Shown one piece after another: positions 52,329 through 60,565 of a stretch of DNA of 60,565 nt (position 1 is its first letter; each line of letters starts with the position of its first letter). The notes beneath the pieces were generated by a model. It was not told the origin of the DNA. It worked only from the letters and a program-made list of their open reading frames with translations, and searched no databases. A program made the position numbers and the translations under genes. This DNA is from an uncultured delta proteobacterium (lineage in GTDB: Bacteria > Desulfobacterota > Binatia > UBA9968), in contig CAVWLW010000053.1 of NCBI GenBank assembly GCA_963755715.1, forward strand, positions 1-60,565, given 5' to 3'.

Positions 52329-53018
52329 ATGAACGTCGCCGCATTGATGCCCGTCAAGGGATTTCGCAACGCCAAGCAGCGCCTCAATCCGCTTTTGAAC
52401 AGCGTGGCGCGCGAGCACTTGGCGGAAATCATGTTTCGCGACGTTTTACGCCAGGTGAGATTGGCGCGCGGACTGGCCGCCACGTTCGTCGTTACCGGCG
52501 ACGATCGCGTCGCGGCCATCGCCGCGACGGCAGGGGCGGAAGTGATTCGCGAAAAATCGGAAAACGGCGAAACCGGCGCCGTCGACTTTGCGCGCAAGGA
52601 ATTGAAGAGCGCCGGCTGCGAGGCGGTCTTGATCATGCCCGGCGACATGCCGCTGCTGCGCGCGAGCGACGTCGAGTCGGTTTTAGCGCAGGTTCCCCAA
52701 GACGCCAGGGCGCCATTCGCTTTGCTCGTGCCGTCGCACGATCGTCTCGGCACCAATGCGCTGCTCTTGGCGCCGCCCGACGTGATCGAGCTGCGCTTCG
52801 GCTATGACAGCTTCGCGTTCCATATGAGCCGCGTGGCAGCGCAGGGATTGCCGGTTCGCTTTTTCGAAAACGAGCGCATCGCATTGGATATCGACGAACC
52901 CAAGGATCTCGAACGGTTTCTCTCCTATGGTTTTGAAGACAGCGAAGCGGCCCGAGTGGCGCGCCAACTGTTGGCTGAACCGCACACGGGTCAATCGCCG
53001 CGCTCCGGTGACGCATGA
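52329..53018 (+). CDS. cofC: Phospholactate/PEP guanylyltransferase
   Basis: PVKGFRNAKQRL, MPGDMPLL, GTNALL, FGYDSFAFH, LDIDEPKDL. Confidence 0.92.
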   Translation: MNVAALMPVKGFRNAKQRLNPLLNSVAREHLAEIMFRDVLRQVRLARGLAATFVVTGDDRVAAIAATAGAEVIREKSENGETGAVDFARKELKSAGCEAVLIMPGDMPLLRASDVESVLAQVPQDARAPFALLVPSHDRLGTNALLLAPPDVIELRFGYDSFAFHMSRVAAQGLPVRFFENERIALDIDEPKDLERFLSYGFEDSEAARVARQLLAEPHTGQSPRSGDA

Positions 53019-53767
53019 AGCGGCTCGAATTGCTCGGCCTTGAAAACATCGGCGAAGTAAAAGCGGGCGATTCGCTGGCGGAACTGATTGTCGCCGCCTG
53101 TTCGGTTCAGGGGATCGAGCTGGCCGATAACGACGTGTTGGTGGTTGCGCAAAAAATCGTCTCGAAGGCTGAAGGGCGCACGATCAAATTAAAAAGCGTT
53201 CAACCGTCTGAGCGCGCTCAACAACTGGCGGCCCAACTCGACAAGGAACCGGAGCTTGTCGAGGTGATTCTCGGCGAGAGCCGCAGCGTCATTCGCAGCG
53301 CCGGGAGGGCCTTGATCGTCGAAACCCATCATGGCTTGATCTGCGCCAACGCCGGCGTCGATCAATCGAACGTGGGCTTGAATCAGGTCAGCTTGTTGCC
53401 TGAAGATCCGGATCGCTCGGCGCGTGAAGTGCGCAGCGAAATACACCAGCGCACCGGTAAGAAGCCGGCGGTTATTATCAGCGACAGCTTCGGTCGGACC
53501 TGGCGTCTGGGCACCGTCGACGTGGCGATCGGCGTCGCCGGTATGAAACCGATCAAAGATGAAAGAGGAGCGCGTGATCGCTACGGCTATCAACTCAAGG
53601 CAGCGGTGGCGGCGGTGGCGGATGAAATCGCCGCCGCGGCGGAATTGGTGATGGGCAAACGCGCGGCGCTGCCCGTCGTTCTTGTGCGTGGTTTCGACAT
53701 GGAAAAAAAGGAGGATGGATCGGCGCAGGAGCTTCTCCGGCCAAAAGCCGAGGATCTTTTTCGCTAG
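53015..53767 (+). CDS. cofE: F420-0:L-glutamate ligase (single domain)
   Basis: VVAQKIVSKAEGR, ETHHGLICANAGVDQSN, LLPEDPD, ISDSFGRTWR, ADEIAAAA, DLFR. Confidence 0.93.
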   Translation: MKRLELLGLENIGEVKAGDSLAELIVAACSVQGIELADNDVLVVAQKIVSKAEGRTIKLKSVQPSERAQQLAAQLDKEPELVEVILGESRSVIRSAGRALIVETHHGLICANAGVDQSNVGLNQVSLLPEDPDRSAREVRSEIHQRTGKKPAVIISDSFGRTWRLGTVDVAIGVAGMKPIKDERGARDRYGYQLKAAVAAVADEIAAAAELVMGKRAALPVVLVRGFDMEKKEDGSAQELLRPKAEDLFR

Positions 53768-53781
53768 CTCTTGGAGAAACT

Positions 53782-54435
53782 ATGGATCAATTTAGCGTGG
53801 CAATCGTCGGCGGCACCGGCAACCTGGGCAGTGCCCTGGCGCTGCGCCTCGGTGCGCCGGGGGTAAGAATTATCATCGGCTCGCGCGACGAGGCCAAAGC
53901 CAAAAAGGCAGTAGACACATTAAAACCGAAACTGCGCGCCGGCGAAATGCTCGGTACAACCAATCAAGAGGCGGTTAAAGGCGCCGACTTCGTGGTGATC
54001 GCGGTTCCCTATGAGGGGCACGCGCAGATGGTATCGGACCTCCGCGGTCAACTCGCGGGCAAGATCGTCATCGACACGGTGGTGCCGCTCGACAAGGTAA
54101 AGCCGTTCGTGCCAGCCGCCGGCTCTGCGTTGCAGGAGGCGCAACAGATCCTCAGCGGCGAGGCGCCGGTCATCGGCGCGCTGCATAACATTTCCGCCGT
54201 GGATTTAGGCGACGTGGAAGCGCCGCTCGGCGACGTTTTGGTCTGCGGTGATGACAGCGCAGCCAAACAGAAAGTGATGGAAATCATTCAACGCATCGGT
54301 GCTAGCGCCTACGATGGCGGTCCGTCCAGTAATGCTTACGTAATTGAAGGCCTGACGGGTGTGATCATTTATCTCAATCGAAAATACAAATCGAAGCACG
54401 GCAGCATCAAAATCACCGGCATCGGCAATCATTGA
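53782..54435 (+). CDS. npdG: NADPH-dependent F420 reductase (Fno)
   Basis: IVGGTGNLG, IGSR, AVPY, VVPL, ALHNISA, VCGDD, E.LT..I.LN..YK; lies in the cof cluster. Confidence 0.9.
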   Translation: MDQFSVAIVGGTGNLGSALALRLGAPGVRIIIGSRDEAKAKKAVDTLKPKLRAGEMLGTTNQEAVKGADFVVIAVPYEGHAQMVSDLRGQLAGKIVIDTVVPLDKVKPFVPAAGSALQEAQQILSGEAPVIGALHNISAVDLGDVEAPLGDVLVCGDDSAAKQKVMEIIQRIGASAYDGGPSSNAYVIEGLTGVIIYLNRKYKSKHGSIKITGIGNH

Positions 54436-54782
54436 GAGCGCCGCCACAGTTATTATGGTGCGCTTGATCGCCAGGTAAAAAATAACGGTATCTTAACATT
54501 TTTGTCGGCGGGGACTGGGTTCGTAACCGCCCCCGCGGACAAAAGAGCGCCTAACTTTCCTCAGGTTATCGTCGTCCAAGCTCTGGCTCACTAATTGCCT
54601 ATGGCTAGTCGCCATATGGCGAACAAAAACCGCGCGTTCCTTCAAAGCGATCCCGTCCAGCGTGTAGGTGACGGACCTGCCCGTGGTTACGCCCGCGCTC
54701 ACACCGAACAGGCAAATGGCAAAGGCCATAACAAGTAATTAAATCCGTTGATAGCAGCTAAGCTTATCGGAGGCAAACTAGC

Positions 54783-55214
54783 ATGGACAAGCACAGACGA
54801 TCATTTTTAGTGTTTTCTCTCTTTGCCGCCGGCTTCCTGTGCGAATACGGTTCGGGGCTGGCGCTGGACGTAAACCGCCCGGCGCATTTCCTTCCGGAAG
54901 AGCGCCGCGCGATCGAAGATTACTACCGCCAGGGGAGCAAGGGTAAAGCTAAGGGATTGCCGCCCGGACTCGCGAAACGCGGCGGTAAATTGCCGCCGGG
55001 GTTACAGAAGCATTTGGACAAAAATGGTCAATTGCCGCCCGGCTTGCAGAAACGACTCGAACCGTTGCCGGTTGAGCTGGACCACCGGTTGCCGCGGCTA
55101 CCCGAGTATTGGGAGCGGGTGGTTCTTGAGAGAGACGTGATTCTCATCGACCGGCGTACCAATCGGATTCTCGATATCATCGAAAACGTGATTGCAGTGG
55201 CGACCGGCCAATAA
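54783..55214 (+). CDS. Exported protein with LPPGL(A/Q)K repeats (RcnB-like C-terminus)
   Basis: Signal-like N-terminus; GLPPGLAK, LPPGLQK, LPPGLQK; RLPRLP...DVILID...ILDII; GGAGG RBS. Confidence 0.72.
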   Translation: MDKHRRSFLVFSLFAAGFLCEYGSGLALDVNRPAHFLPEERRAIEDYYRQGSKGKAKGLPPGLAKRGGKLPPGLQKHLDKNGQLPPGLQKRLEPLPVELDHRLPRLPEYWERVVLERDVILIDRRTNRILDIIENVIAVATGQ

Positions 55215-55319
55215 GCTTTCGCCTCTCCGCCTGTGGGCCAGGGCGCGTACCCGCACACGCCAAATTTTCCTTCTGATATTCACAGCTTAACTGATTTTGA
55301 GTAAAGCGCGTTTGGGTGT

Positions 55320-55346
55320 TAACCTTTAATGCCTAAGTGCGTCTAA
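55320..55346 (+). promoter_or_regulatory. Candidate autoregulatory ECF promoter TAAC-N16-CGTCTAA
   Basis: AAC/CGT cores at the typical ECF spacing, 45 nt upstream of the sigma factor ATG. Confidence 0.65.
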
Positions 55347-55390
55347 ACGTTTGTAACGGGCAGGAAGGTTCGCGGCACGTCAAAACACTT

Positions 55391-55966
55391 ATGGCCGACC
55401 GACAAGAACTCCGTGACGAAGAGTTGGTGTCCCTGTGTCAACAAGGCGAGCGGCAGTGCTTTGAAATCCTCGTGCGCCGGTATATGGAAAAGGCGTTTCA
55501 TATTGCATTTAATTTCACTCGCGATGCGGAAACGGCAAAAGACTTATCGCAAGACGCGTTTTTGCGCGCCTTCGCGAATATCAAGCAGTTCGACGGCCGG
55601 TCAACTTTTTACACCTGGTTTTATCGTATCGTGGTAAACCTGTGCTTGGATCACGCGCGGCGTCACAATCGCGTGACTTGGGAATCTCTCGATCGTCTGA
55701 GCGAGGAGCCGGGCGAGCAGAGACAATTAGCCGACTCGACGTTTGTGCCCGAGCAGGAAGCCATCGCCGGCGAAGCGAAGCGAAAAGCCGATCAAACTCT
55801 CGAAGCGATGCCGAATAAACAGCGCACGGCGTTTCTGTTAAGAAACCATCAGGGACTATCGATCGCGGATATTGCGAAAGTCATGAAAACAACGGAGGGC
55901 ACGGTTCGGGTCTATTTACATCGAGCCGTGGCGGCATTGCGTCAGAGCCTGATGGAATTTGTTTAG
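55391..55966 (+). CDS. ECF sigma factor (sigma-70 group 4)
   Basis: DEELV, AKDLSQDAFLRA, FYTWFYRIVVNLCLD, region 4 LSIADIAKVM...GTVRVYLHRA. Confidence 0.92.
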   Translation: MADRQELRDEELVSLCQQGERQCFEILVRRYMEKAFHIAFNFTRDAETAKDLSQDAFLRAFANIKQFDGRSTFYTWFYRIVVNLCLDHARRHNRVTWESLDRLSEEPGEQRQLADSTFVPEQEAIAGEAKRKADQTLEAMPNKQRTAFLLRNHQGLSIADIAKVMKTTEGTVRVYLHRAVAALRQSLMEFV

Positions 55967-55976
55967 GGGGAAGAAT

Positions 55977-56539
55977 ATGAAACAACGGGCACCACTGCAA
56001 AGCGCATGCAAGAGTTTCGAAGAAGACCTAGTGCTTTACTATTACGGCGAAACAGACGAAGTCGAACAGCGTCGCGTGCAACAGCACCTTTCGCAGTGTG
56101 TTTCTTGCCAAGGTTTTCTCGACGATTTGCGTCGATGGCTGCCGCAAATCGCTAAATCCGAGCCTATGGCGCCAGCTTTTTGGGATGATTATTATCGCGA
56201 GACCGTGAGCCAAACTGGCACGCCAGGAGGAGCAGCAAGCACTGGTGGCGTGCCCTGTTCGCGCCTAGACCGATGTGGATGGTGCCGGCATTCGGCACAG
56301 TCGGCGTAGCGGTCTTGGTGGTTGGGTTGTTATTTGGCAAGGGCAATTTGAGCTCATTTATACAGCGGCCGGCGGAAAGAATTCCGCAGGAAATATTGGC
56401 CGACGAAAATCAATTGCAATTCTTCGAATCCATGGACTTGCTCGAATCACTGGGCAAGCTCGAGAAGCAGGATGACCCGAACACCGATTCGACGAACAGC
56501 CAATCGATTCGAGGAAGAATGCAACAGGATATCGTCTAA
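55977..56539 (+). CDS. Zinc-binding (ZAS/zf-HC2) transmembrane anti-sigma factor; frameshift near 56210
   Basis: HLSQCVSC motif, FWDDY, then TM MVPAFGTVGVAVLVVGLLF and QFFESMDLLE in the next frame. Confidence 0.8.
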
Positions 56540-56570
56540 TTTGTGATGTTCCCGTTAGTTGGACAGTAAG

Positions 56571-56849
56571 ATGAAAGCGCGCAATACAGTAGCTTGGATA
56601 TTCGGTTTGTTTTTGCTCCTGAGCTCTCAAGGGCTCATGGCTGCCAGCGACAACTGGCGCAATCTGACGCCGCCGGAAAAAGATAAAGTTTTGCAAAACT
56701 ATCAACGTTGGGAGAAGCTGCCGCCCCAAGATAAAGAGCACCTGCGCGATGAGTGGAATCGCTGGCAACGTTTGCCGAACGACGAACGCGAGCGAATCAA
56801 GCAGCGTTATGACAGACAGCGGCGCGATCGCCGCGACGACAGCCGCTGA
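56571..56849 (+). CDS. DUF3106-like periplasmic helical-repeat protein
   Basis: Signal peptide; W..L.P.E[KR] repeats (WRNLTPPEK, WEKLPPQDK, WQRLPNDER); follows the anti-sigma gene. Confidence 0.78.
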   Translation: MKARNTVAWIFGLFLLLSSQGLMAASDNWRNLTPPEKDKVLQNYQRWEKLPPQDKEHLRDEWNRWQRLPNDERERIKQRYDRQRRDRRDDSR

Positions 56850-57117
56850 GCCCGCCGAATTTCATTTCTTTCTCAATGCAACTAAAGCGTTCAGTGTAAT
56901 CAAAATATTTTCCCGCTTGTGCTAGCGATCTTATAGAGCTTCGCAGAACTCGCCGCGCAGCGGCGAATTTGCAATTGGCAATATCGGAAACCCCGCTCCT
57001 GACGGCTTCCGTATAGACTTCTCGATTTCTTTTATCACGAATTTACGCTGCTGTTGTTTCAACCGAAATACTGCCGCGCTCGCTGAATAGTTCGCGCGTA
57101 TTGCGATTTTCCTCACC

Positions 57118-57144
57118 TCACAAACGGCTGCCAAATACGTCTAA
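57118..57144 (+). promoter_or_regulatory. Candidate ECF promoter TCAC-N16-CGTCTAA
   Basis: Same motif as at 55320 and 5333; about 70 nt upstream of the lipoprotein ATG. Confidence 0.6.
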
Positions 57145-57212
57145 GAAGTAGAGTGGAGCGCCAAAGGATCACGGCTTCACTGTGCGGATTTTTCCTGCGG
57201 AAAGGAGGCACT

Positions 57213-57401
57213 ATGAAAACCATCGGGCTGTTGACATTGTTGACGCTCGGCGTCGTTGTTGCGTCGGGCTGTCACTGGCACCACCATCGTTCTAACTATT
57301 CCGACGGTATATTCCCGCTAACTCCTCATCGTGCTGCTCCGGTTTCGCGTGAACCCGGAGCAGCGCCCTTCCTCTCCTGCGCGCGCTTTTACATCGCGTA
57401 A
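57213..57401 (+). CDS. Small His-rich lipoprotein (may truly end near 57321 if one extra base is an error)
   Basis: AAAGGAGG RBS; MKTIGLLTLLTLGVVVASG|CHWHHHRSNY lipobox. Confidence 0.62.
   Translation: MKTIGLLTLLTLGVVVASGCHWHHHRSNYSDGIFPLTPHRAAPVSREPGAAPFLSCARFYIA
57333..57364. terminator. GC-rich hairpin between convergent genes
   Basis: GCTGCTCCGG ... CCGGAGCAGC 10-bp stem; no strong U-tract. Confidence 0.45.
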
Positions 57402-58512
57402 TACGCGGCGCAATTGTCCCAGAGAATTTTTTTCTTGTCCGCGTTACTGATCGGGAGCTTGAGAAAGTGGTGAACCGCTTCGGGATATTTTGAATCGCCG
57501 TGCGGATAGTCGGTGGAAAAAACCACATTTTGACCGCCCATGTAGTCGATCACATGCGTCAATGTCGCCTCGTCCGGCTCCACCGAGACGATGCATTGGC
57601 GCTTGAAATATTCGCTCGGCGCCATTTTTACATCCGGCGCCCAAACATCGCCTTCACGCTCCCAACCTTCGTCCAAGCGCCACAACAGCCACGGTAACCA
57701 ACTGCAATTGGCTTCGAGAAAAGCGACCCGCAGGCGCGGATGGCGGGCGAGAACGCCGCCGGCGCAAAAACTGCCGAGCGCCAACATTTGCTCCATCGGT
57801 TGAGCATAAACTCGACGCAGCATCAGGTTGGGCTCGAGGCGCTCGCCGATTTGTTGCTTGCCCTGTGCCGGTGGATTCATGAAAGCCCAAGGCGAGATTC
57901 CGCTCTTCCAGCGCGTTCCAAAGCGGCTCGTAGTACTCGTCGTGCCACTGATGATTTACTAACGGATTGGCGCGTAAAAACACAGCGCGAAAGCCCAGTT
58001 CATCGGCGCAGCGGCGCGCTTCCGAAACGGCGTCGTTCATGGTGTAAGGCGAGATCATGCCGGCGCCGATCAAACGCTTGGGATCTTTTTGGCAAAAATC
58101 ATAAAGCCAGTCGTTGTAAGCGCGCGCAATCGCGGCGGCGAACTCGGCGTCCATATCCGGCACGACCAACGCGCGCAGACCGCGAGTCGGGTAGAGCACG
58201 GCAACGTCGATGCCTTCGACGTCCATCGCTTCGAGCTGCACTTCCGGCGTCCAACCGCGCTCGGCGTCTGAGCGGTACACGCTTTGATTTCTTTCGAAGT
58301 TTTGCCCGCGCGCCGAATCGTTCTGGCGCGTCGTCGTGCGCGCCCATTCCCGGCCGTCAGGATAAACCATGCGCAGATCGCGCACATTGCTGCTGGTGAC
58401 CCCGCGCGGCGCGCGCGCCTTTGAACTTGCTGTCGATGTAGCGCTCCCAAAGATCCGGCGGTTCCATGATATGCATGTCGCTGTCGAGAATCTTAAAACC
58501 GTTTTTGGCCAT
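57389..58512 (-). CDS. Amidohydrolase-2 family protein; frameshifts near 58400 and 57875
   Basis: ILDSDMHIMEPPDLW, AMDVEGIDVAVLYPT, RAYNDWL, FLEANCSW, FSTDYPHGD across three ORFs. Confidence 0.83.
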
Positions 58513-58578
58513 GGTTGGGTCTCCTGCCGCTGGCCGATGAGATTGAATCAAAGTGAACTGGGATGGGAAAGAAATTCA

Positions 58579-58664
58579 TGGTGCCGGAGGGGGGACTTGA
58601 ACCCCCACAGGGTTACCCCTACCGGATTTTGAGTCCGGCGCGTCTGCCATTCCACCACTCCGGC
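58579..58664 (-). tRNA. tRNA-Leu (anticodon CAA)
   Basis: GCCGGAGTGGTGGAATGGCAGACGCG-CCGGA CTCAAAA TCCGG-long variable arm-GGGGGTTCAAGTCCCCC-CTCCGGCACCA; CCA encoded. Confidence 0.96.
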
Positions 58665-58740
58665 ACGGTAAGGAATTCAATAACTTATAACAGCTTCGTT
58701 TTCAATCATGAGCGCCGAATTTTTCGGATTCAAGCCGAGT

Positions 58741-59205
58741 TCAAGCGCCAGCAGTCGCTTTTGCTCTAGCTGCTGACTTTGGTTTCGGTGGAGCCATCAA
58801 GCCAGCTTTTGAAAACGCTTCGATAAGCTGCGCGTCGGAAAAATTCACATAGCCATCATGCACGCCGTTGGGCTTGTGACCGCTAGCCGCCATTACGATA
58901 TCTCTCGGCACGCCGAACGATGTCCATCGCGTGATCGCGCTTCTGCGCAAATCATGCGGACGGAAATCATCATCGGGCAACTGCTTTTTCCTCACCCCTG
59001 TCGCAACGGCTTTTAACCAGGCTTCGCGCACGTTCTTGATCACGCGGCCATTCCTGCGCGTGAACACATGTCCGCCGACGTTTGGAATCTTCGCTTGCTC
59101 GCGGCGCAACTCTTCCAACACCTGCCTTAACTCCCATGATTCAGCCAGCGGACGGGCAGCCGCTCTTTTGAATACAATCATTCGATTTTCCCGACCGATC
59201 TCCAA
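58741..59205 (-). mobile_element. Tyrosine recombinase/integrase C-terminal remnant
   Basis: HVFTRRNG, FRPHDLRRSAIT, MAASGH, GYV (H-x-x-R, G-H, Y catalytic motifs); N-terminal domains and the first catalytic Arg region are absent. Confidence 0.82.
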
Positions 59206-59427
59206 CCGCCGTCATTTTCCGGCGGGTATCGGGAAAATGCTGCCGATCAATCACCCCGCGCTGTTGCCTCACAGCCGGGGCGCGGCAGCAAAAAGTTCAC
59301 TTGATTGGGAATCAAGTTCGTTCTAGCTCGGAGCACGCCGAGCACAACTGCGCAGGCTGATCGGCAAGGAATTTGGGCGCAGGTATCAGGGAAACCCTGA
59401 TACCTAAATAACGGCTAGTGAAATACA

Positions 59428-60462
59428 GTGAAAATCGTGAACTGTATCTTGAAAATGCCAGTGCGCGTCTACTTGGAGTTTTTGCGTAGATGCGAACTGA
59501 CAAGCCGCGAGTACGCGGTGCTGAAAAGTTCTCACGTTGAGCCGATTCTGCCGGGCGACTACAACGTCGAAACCCTTTGCGACGTGAACGACGCAGACCT
59601 ATTACTTGACCGCGCCAAGCAGCTTAGCCCCCAGGCAATCCCTTACATTGAACGAGCTTTGACCTCGGTGCGTCACCTATGGCTCTGCTCTGAAGGCTCT
59701 AATTTTCTCTCCACGACAACCAGTATTCAGGATTCCGGATTGCTCGATGTTTTGGTTCCGCTCTTTGAAAAACAGACGGGTTATTCTGTCAAAACTGTTT
59801 CTGTAGGAACTGGCCGAGCACTCACGCTGGCGGCACTGGGTAAGGTGGATGTGGCGCTGATACATGCGCCGAGTCTGGAGAAACAATATATCGCAGAGGG
59901 GAAATTGCTAAATCGTCGATTAGTCATGTACAACGATTTCGTTATCATCGGCCCCAAAGACGACCCTGCAAAAGTGCGCTCAGCCACGAGCGCCAGTGGA
60001 GCGCTCAGAGCAATCGAGCAAGCAAAGGCGAATTTTGTTTCGCGTGGTGACAACTCAGGCACTCACGTTCTGGAAAAATCGCTTTGGAAAGCTGCCGGGA
60101 TCGACCCAAAAGGCGGTTGGTATATTGAAACGCGGCAAGGCATGGGTGCCACGCTGGGCATTGCCAATGAGCGCAACGCTTATACGATCACAGATCGTGG
60201 AACCTACTTAGCTTTGTGCAACAGGGTCAACTTGCCAATCTTGATCGAAGGCGACCGAGCACTCTTGAACCTCTACTCCGTCATGGAAGTGAATCCCGCC
60301 AACAGTCCACTCATCAATTCGGTTGGGGGAAAGGCCTTTGCGGACTTCATGGTTGCACCTGAAACCCAGAACGTGATCCGCAACTTCGGCGTGGAGAAAT
60401 TCGGTCGGTCATTGTTTATTCCCGTCGCGGGAAAAAAAGAGGACGAACTCGGCAGTAATTGA
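59428..60462 (+). CDS. tupA: Tungstate-binding protein TupA (from about 59710) fused to an unrelated ~90-aa N-terminal segment; no signal peptide
   Basis: STTTSIQDSGLL, VGTGRAL, IHAP, MYNDFVIIGP, FVSRGDNSGTH, GMGATL, YTITDRGTY. Confidence 0.8.
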   Translation: MKIVNCILKMPVRVYLEFLRRCELTSREYAVLKSSHVEPILPGDYNVETLCDVNDADLLLDRAKQLSPQAIPYIERALTSVRHLWLCSEGSNFLSTTTSIQDSGLLDVLVPLFEKQTGYSVKTVSVGTGRALTLAALGKVDVALIHAPSLEKQYIAEGKLLNRRLVMYNDFVIIGPKDDPAKVRSATSASGALRAIEQAKANFVSRGDNSGTHVLEKSLWKAAGIDPKGGWYIETRQGMGATLGIANERNAYTITDRGTYLALCNRVNLPILIEGDRALLNLYSVMEVNPANSPLINSVGGKAFADFMVAPETQNVIRNFGVEKFGRSLFIPVAGKKEDELGSN

Positions 60463-60565
60463 TTTCGCTCGGCAACCTTGCTGTGCCAGTTTTGTGCTGG
60501 TTCTATCAGCAAACAGACGCAATCACGGACAGAGATGAGCGGAGATAGGCGCTGATTTTCTGTTG

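Noticed and set aside
54493-54729. 78-aa minus-strand ORF and hairpin between npdG and the LPPGL gene
   Set aside because: No family motif or clear RBS; the hairpin may simply terminate the cof operon.
56940-57030. Possible c-di-GMP-I riboswitch (minus strand GTCTA...GAGCGGGGTTTCCGA) and nearby hairpin
   Set aside because: Only the 3' part resembles the motif; the GGCAAAC/GAAA/GCAAAGC elements are missing and no gene lies downstream on that strand.

Overview
Bacterial chromosomal window, GC-rich and densely coding. The gene content suggests Candidatus Binatia/Binatota or a related deltaproteobacteria-like lineage (inference): many orphan solute-binding proteins, amidohydrolases, family III CoA-transferases, a Rieske oxygenase and F420 genes. 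About ten otherwise intact genes carry isolated 1-nt frameshifts, often in homopolymers, which most likely reflects long-read consensus error. Left to right the window holds: a Phd/YefM-PIN toxin-antitoxin pair with a paired TGTACA operator; a MetE-like gene; a decayed internal glgX fragment; an aromatic-catabolism islet (Rieske oxygenase, signal-less TAXI-fold protein, double VOC, SBP, bicupin); S1/P1 nuclease; MmgE/PrpD with tandem CoA-transferases; hemE-hemH-hemY; dinB; tandem MFS; clpB; hisC; corC-like; recD2; a prokaryotic glutamate-receptor-like channel without the K+ filter; a mini-secretin-like gene; the F420 cluster cofG-D-C-E-npdG; an ECF sigma/anti-sigma/DUF3106 cassette; and tRNA-Leu(CAA) with an integrase remnant and a chimeric tupA. 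The best candidate for an undescribed system is a putative sigma54-driven operon (32723-38413). It encodes a 1333-aa repeat-built coiled-coil protein with a basic/aromatic C-terminal tail, followed by two divergent single-domain KaiC-like ATPases, with no KaiA/KaiB. A second notable signal is an ECF-type promoter motif, T(A/C)AC-N16-CGTCTAA, found at three places and defining a candidate mini-regulon.
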